Of a DNA stretch of 64,000 bases, positions 61,301-64,000 are shown piece by piece. Numbering within the stretch: position 1 is the stretch's first letter; each line of letters starts with the position of its first letter. A model generated the notes under the pieces. It was not told the origin of the DNA, did not search any database, and was given only the letters and a program-made list of their open reading frames with translations. The translations under genes and the position numbers were made by a program. Source of the stretch: an uncultured Candidatus Saccharibacteria bacterium (GTDB lineage Bacteria > Patescibacteriota > Minisyncoccia > UBA6257 > XYB1-36-10); assembly GCA_964362215.1 (NCBI GenBank), contig CAYIDJ010000002.1, positions 911 to 64,910 on the forward strand. The letters are read 5' to 3'.

Positions 61301-62863
61301 CCGGCCGGGCTTGATTCCCTGGGAGCTCTGCTCGATGAAATGGCGGAAGCTAAAAGAGAAGCCCACGAACGAAATATGGAATTGGCTAAAAATCTTAAGG
61401 CCGGTGATCTTAATTTATCTCCGGGAGATATACTGAAGGGGGTTAATGAGAAATTTATTAACTTAATTTTACAAAATGGTTCCGTTTCCAAAGAGTTTTT
61501 AGGCGCGGATACGCCGGGTTCGGATAGTACTCCTTTTGACACGGACGTCAGTGTAGTTTTAAAGCAGGACGTGGAAAACGGAAAAAATAACGCCTTTAAA
61601 AATTCAATGGCGGCTTCTTTTGGTAATCTTGTCTTAGCCATACGCGACCGGGGGCAATTCCAAGTTACAAGACGGCATGGCCAAGAACTTGGCCGCCAGC
61701 AAACAGATAACGGTAAAATGGAACTTTTTAGCACTGGCGGGGGAGGACAACATTACGGCGTCCGTACCGGGTTTCCCTCCACGGAGATAGATTTTATTAT
61801 CGCCAGAGATTCTTTTCTTGAAAAAGGTTATGGCTACAACGAGGGGAAGGTGGAAGAATTGTATTATGAAATAGCCCAAAACGGATTTTACATACCGGTA
61901 ACAGATGAGGAAGGAGAAATTGTTTTCACTCCGGAAATGTACAACGAGTACCGAAAAACATTTGACGGTTTGGACCGTTTTGACGGTAATCCATTGGAAA
62001 TTAAAAGATTGTCAACTGGCGATTCTTATTTACAACAGGTTAAAGAAATAACTAAGGAAATGAAAAAAGACAGAAAAGAGGTGGTAAATTTATCCGACGG
62101 GATTATCAAAGAAGTCCGCCGAGCTTTAGGTGTTTTGGGAATAACTTTTAAGGATAAATATGATCCGGGAATATTGGGGGCGGAACTTTTAGATATCGGC
62201 TCTACCGGGCGGGGAACCAATATGCCAGGCGATTATGATTTTGATTTTACTTTAAAATTAGATGATAAGGATTTTGAATCCGCGGAGGTGATAGCTAAAA
62301 ATATAAAATCGGAAATGGAGTTTCAGGAGGATAAATCTCATCCGGAGGCAAGCGGCTATTATCAGTTGCGTTTGATGGGAATTACTAAAATCGGAAAAAT
62401 TAAATTAAAAGAATCACTTGACCTTGATATTGGATTTGTTAAAAAATCGGATTTGGCGGTTTTTGGTTCTCATAATGCCATTGAAGAAAAATTAGAGTGG
62501 ATAAAAGATAACTTGGGAGAAGACGCCTATTGGGAAGTTTTGGGTAATATTGTCTTGGCTAAAAAAATCCTTAAAGAGGGCGGGGCTTATAAAAGGGTAG
62601 AGCAAGGGGGGTTTGGCGGTATCGGGACGGAAAATTGGATATTGGCTAATTCCGGTAATTTGGAAGAAGCGTTTAGAACTTTCCGCGGGGCCGCTTATGA
62701 AAATGGAAAAATTATTTCCTTTGATGAATTTATGAAAAAATATAAAATTTTTAACGCCGGTATGAATATTAAACATCTTTTCCACGATAACTATATTAAA
62801 AATATGACGGAGAGCGGATATGCTGCTTTTGTTAAAACGGCTGATGAGTTTTTATCTAAATAA
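58352..62863 (+). CDS. Giant 1503-aa protein: E/K-rich N-terminus, long helical middle, C-terminal class-I (archaeal CCA/PAP-like) nucleotidyltransferase domain
   Basis: A single uninterrupted ORF that is strongly AT-rich. aa 1283-1298 GSTGRGTNMPGDYDFD fits the Pol-beta motif. 'LDLDIGF' is a candidate third-acid strand. 'KILKEGGAYKRVEQGGFGGIGTENWIL' resembles the GFSGY..ELL neck motif. No signal peptide or TM. Confidence 0.7.
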   Translation: MPERFPDRPERNEENLKKAGLELEKEEKSEKEKISEEVIPEEKTPTEIEKEVILNSLSLETELEKDATKEFKKERNEEWEEKKDNLTITELKETVEFNESQIKNLLHYGDSFFHLSEEEGEKIEKLNINLPEETEEVYFSLNKIKDFMEKAQNYRQKAFNLIGITEEAEGVYINKQAQEGGWSSFQELKEEHERLEEEMMNLDEKLTYNKSLKKFIFDKEYRQERKQDKQKFKEVKKEYEHNEKLFHPLSYYNFSIREQIRGFNQLLDMYGQNTKYFTEKIGDKLREKFIQYIKNKQKEMAPADEFKDYDLSLWGQNFSKVKNCLTIEKSLKEVITAMEDREKWYVFDINKLKGSMVKSSISQHIIEFFKDVSFNDWEKFCADNENTLTEEIRKTVSGVITDRILETREKFDDGRLQREADSLSNSSFVFADKETMPIAVINLLNISDYYDRVMVENRAAAVFEKFKEENFDVPGIKKIVKAKEMVNSVGEFLRGEREMYTRYLLADGLLEAGSFYLKSNDPRMQVLGALSLREIDRYEGADSNRSDEVYKMFNNVYKEKNLNERVIGAIGKVALDEVWYTKNFYAKQIAFNLIKDYDRLSNVNQWKIKEAAPRMVGLFVSKNEVSNINEEEAEVLAKVLEIEPKDLIKTINLINLAINTLNVNHDYSPLEFKLYHRLAKIEDAEDFLVKLNNLGCHFRIDSTDKLLKIHENKEEFISRVKQLKNSLSDSASFNFIERDEDVYKITDSNLLEILGSFKSDKGLQNFVLNNLDKILAITSERRENYIKILDKIEHSPSQEIQKLKNQILSEIVSTDNPEISYEKIEQVFLKNNLPAVGKIYRIFETLYPAYKIKSLINYQSSPVLQKAGPTRRRHIFYQDLLKTHIRSANRSLREYAEAFLSGEGVLAKAERDGFDNLAGEEKERLKYFFGRLNTLFLSSSLGENIKAVERGLSLEDEYKRLKISLVVKEGQTVKERVEEMFLRPAGLDSLGALLDEMAEAKREAHERNMELAKNLKAGDLNLSPGDILKGVNEKFINLILQNGSVSKEFLGADTPGSDSTPFDTDVSVVLKQDVENGKNNAFKNSMAASFGNLVLAIRDRGQFQVTRRHGQELGRQQTDNGKMELFSTGGGGQHYGVRTGFPSTEIDFIIARDSFLEKGYGYNEGKVEELYYEIAQNGFYIPVTDEEGEIVFTPEMYNEYRKTFDGLDRFDGNPLEIKRLSTGDSYLQQVKEITKEMKKDRKEVVNLSDGIIKEVRRALGVLGITFKDKYDPGILGAELLDIGSTGRGTNMPGDYDFDFTLKLDDKDFESAEVIAKNIKSEMEFQEDKSHPEASGYYQLRLMGITKIGKIKLKESLDLDIGFVKKSDLAVFGSHNAIEEKLEWIKDNLGEDAYWEVLGNIVLAKKILKEGGAYKRVEQGGFGGIGTENWILANSGNLEEAFRTFRGAAYENGKIISFDEFMKKYKIFNAGMNIKHLFHDNYIKNMTESGYAAFVKTADEFLSK

Positions 62864-62866
62864 CAG

Positions 62867-63085
62867 ATGAAAATTTTGGTTAAGGTAAAGGCGAGAGCGA
62901 AGGCGGAGAAGGTGGTGGAGATGGGCGGCTGGTATTTTGAGGTGTGGGTGAAAGAGCCGCCGATTGAGGGGAGAGCGAATGAGGCGGTGGAGAGGGCGCT
63001 GGCGGATTATTTTGGCGTGGCCAAATCCAAAGTGAATATCGTTTCGGGACAGACGAGCCGGAAGAAGGTGGTGGAGATTGGTTAA
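62867..63085 (+). CDS. DUF167 (YggU-like) protein
   Basis: 'VKEPPIEGRANEAVERALADYFGVAKSKVNIVSGQTSRKKVVEI' matches the UPF0235 pattern. Confidence 0.8.
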   Translation: MKILVKVKARAKAEKVVEMGGWYFEVWVKEPPIEGRANEAVERALADYFGVAKSKVNIVSGQTSRKKVVEIG

Positions 63086-63100
63086 GTTAGGAGGATAGAT

Positions 63101-63258
63101 AGCATCTCGTCAACATACTCTCCCTACCGTCCATTCCCCCAGCGAGGGAATGGACTACGCCTCGGTCTCGCTCCCGAGCACTCAAATTAAGAAATACGAG
63201 TGTTCGGACCATGCCCACTCGACCTCGGATGCGCGCTCAAGTATATTGGCGAGATGCT
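63101..63258. repeat. Nested palindromic element, family B copy 2
   Basis: agcatctcgtcaacatactc pairs with aagtatattggcgagatgct. It shares ...atactctccctaccgtccattcccccagcgagggaatggactacgcctcg... and ...ctcggatgcgcgctcaagtatatt with 16174-16368. Confidence 0.85.
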
Positions 63259-63281
63259 TTTTTGATTTACCTATGAACCTT

Positions 63282-63350
63282 GAGGTAAGAGTTAGACATG
63301 GTGTAACCCGCCTATGTTTTACTAAGTAAAACATAGGCGGGTCTTTATTA
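63282..63350 (+). terminator. Conserved 3-prime module (GAGGTAAGAGTTAGACATGGTGTAACCCGCC hairpin + T tract)
   Basis: acccgcctatgtttta-ctaag-taaaacataggcgggt (63306-63342), then ctttatta. Confidence 0.65.
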
Positions 63351-63392
63351 TTAAAATTTGTGCGGCAGGGAAGATTGGGTGATAATAAATAA

Positions 63393-64000
63393 ATGGAAAT
63401 TGGGGATTGGGTGAGGAATAATATATTTGAAGCGCCGACTAAACTTGGGAAGTTGAGGGTGGTGGTGGTGGGGGTGGGAATAGTGGCCGCGATAATAGCG
63501 GCGGTTTTTTATATAAACTTTTGGGCGGCGCCGGAGAAGGGCGCGGAGGTAGAACGGTTTGTGGTGCCGATAGGGTATGACAGCCAGCAGGTGGCGGTAA
63601 GGTTGAAAGAGGAGGGATTTATTAAGAGTGAGACCGGCTGGAAAATAGCGATATGGATGAGAGGGGGAGAAATAGCGCCGGGCGGATATAAGCTGTCAAA
63701 ATCAATTTCGGCTTGGCAGATAGCCGGAATATTGAAGGGCGCATCTTATATGAAATGGGTGGTGATTCCGGAAGGGATGCGAAAAGAAGAGACGGCGGAA
63801 ATACTGGCGCGAGAACTCGGCTGGAGCGAGGCCGAAAAAGAAAGGTGGATTACAGTGGATACGGCAATTGATTATGACCACACGGAAGGAGTTTATTTTC
63901 CGGACACGTATCTTATATCAACAGAAGAAGAGCTGGCGATGGTAGCGGAAAGAATGCGAACAACATTCAATGAAAAGTTCGCGCCATACGCGGCGGAGGC
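63393..64000 (+). CDS. mltG: Endolytic murein transglycosylase MltG (YceG-like), 3-prime end beyond window
   Basis: Absent from ORF track (no stop in the window). Translating by hand from ATG 63393 gives an N-terminal TM, then 'VPIGYDSQQVAVRLKEEGFI', 'GGYKLSKS', 'VVIPEGMRKEE', 'EGVYFPDTY'. Confidence 0.8.
   Translation, partial: MEIGDWVRNNIFEAPTKLGKLRVVVVGVGIVAAIIAAVFYINFWAAPEKGAEVERFVVPIGYDSQQVAVRLKEEGFIKSETGWKIAIWMRGGEIAPGGYKLSKSISAWQIAGILKGASYMKWVVIPEGMRKEETAEILARELGWSEAEKERWITVDTAIDYDHTEGVYFPDTYLISTEEELAMVAERMRTTFNEKFAPYAAE

Overview
The window looks like a small-genome, CPR/Patescibacteria-type bacterium. This is inferred from gene content, short housekeeping proteins and cohesin/dockerin surface proteins. 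The standard genetic code applies, since TGA is used as a stop. Most of the window is plus-strand housekeeping. It carries glycolysis and central-carbon genes (ppsA, eno, pgk, tpiA, glycerate kinase, a LacD-type aldolase, a D-2-hydroxyacid dehydrogenase). It also carries groES-groEL, lemA, greA, lysS, serS, alr, pyrG, ychF, rnhA, rmuC and a short dcw cluster (mraZ-rsmH-ftsL-ftsI). Other genes are a MacAB-type efflux trio, a CPA2 antiporter, two GT39-type glycosyltransferases, tRNA-Glu(CUC), tRNA-Gln(UUG) and a type-A RNase P RNA. Two CDSs run off the window edges and are missing from the ORF track: 1-1755 on the minus strand, and mltG from 63393 on the plus strand. Two things stand out. (1) Downstream of tRNA-Gln there is AT-rich, probably acquired DNA. 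It encodes a SLOG-like protein, a minimal Pol-beta nucleotidyltransferase (NTase), and a 1503-aa ORF ending in a class-I (archaeal CCA/PAP-like) NTase domain. This is my best candidate for an undescribed system. (2) The density of structured non-coding DNA is very high. There are four families of 100-215 bp nested palindromes, each followed by a conserved 'GAGAGGTTGGA...GTAGCC-hairpin' module. There are also REP-like hairpins and a 16-bp palindrome sitting in-frame inside a glycosyltransferase gene, and several hairpin families whose copies differ by compensatory changes. Other oddities are an AT-rich expansion inside RNase P RNA, a duplicated rnhA 5-prime end separated by a multi-hairpin element, a 93-bp tandem-repeat gene, shared operator-like palindromes, and many extended -10 boxes placed 8-12 nt from start codons (leaderless-looking). 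I saw no CRISPR array, integrase, transposase or reverse transcriptase.
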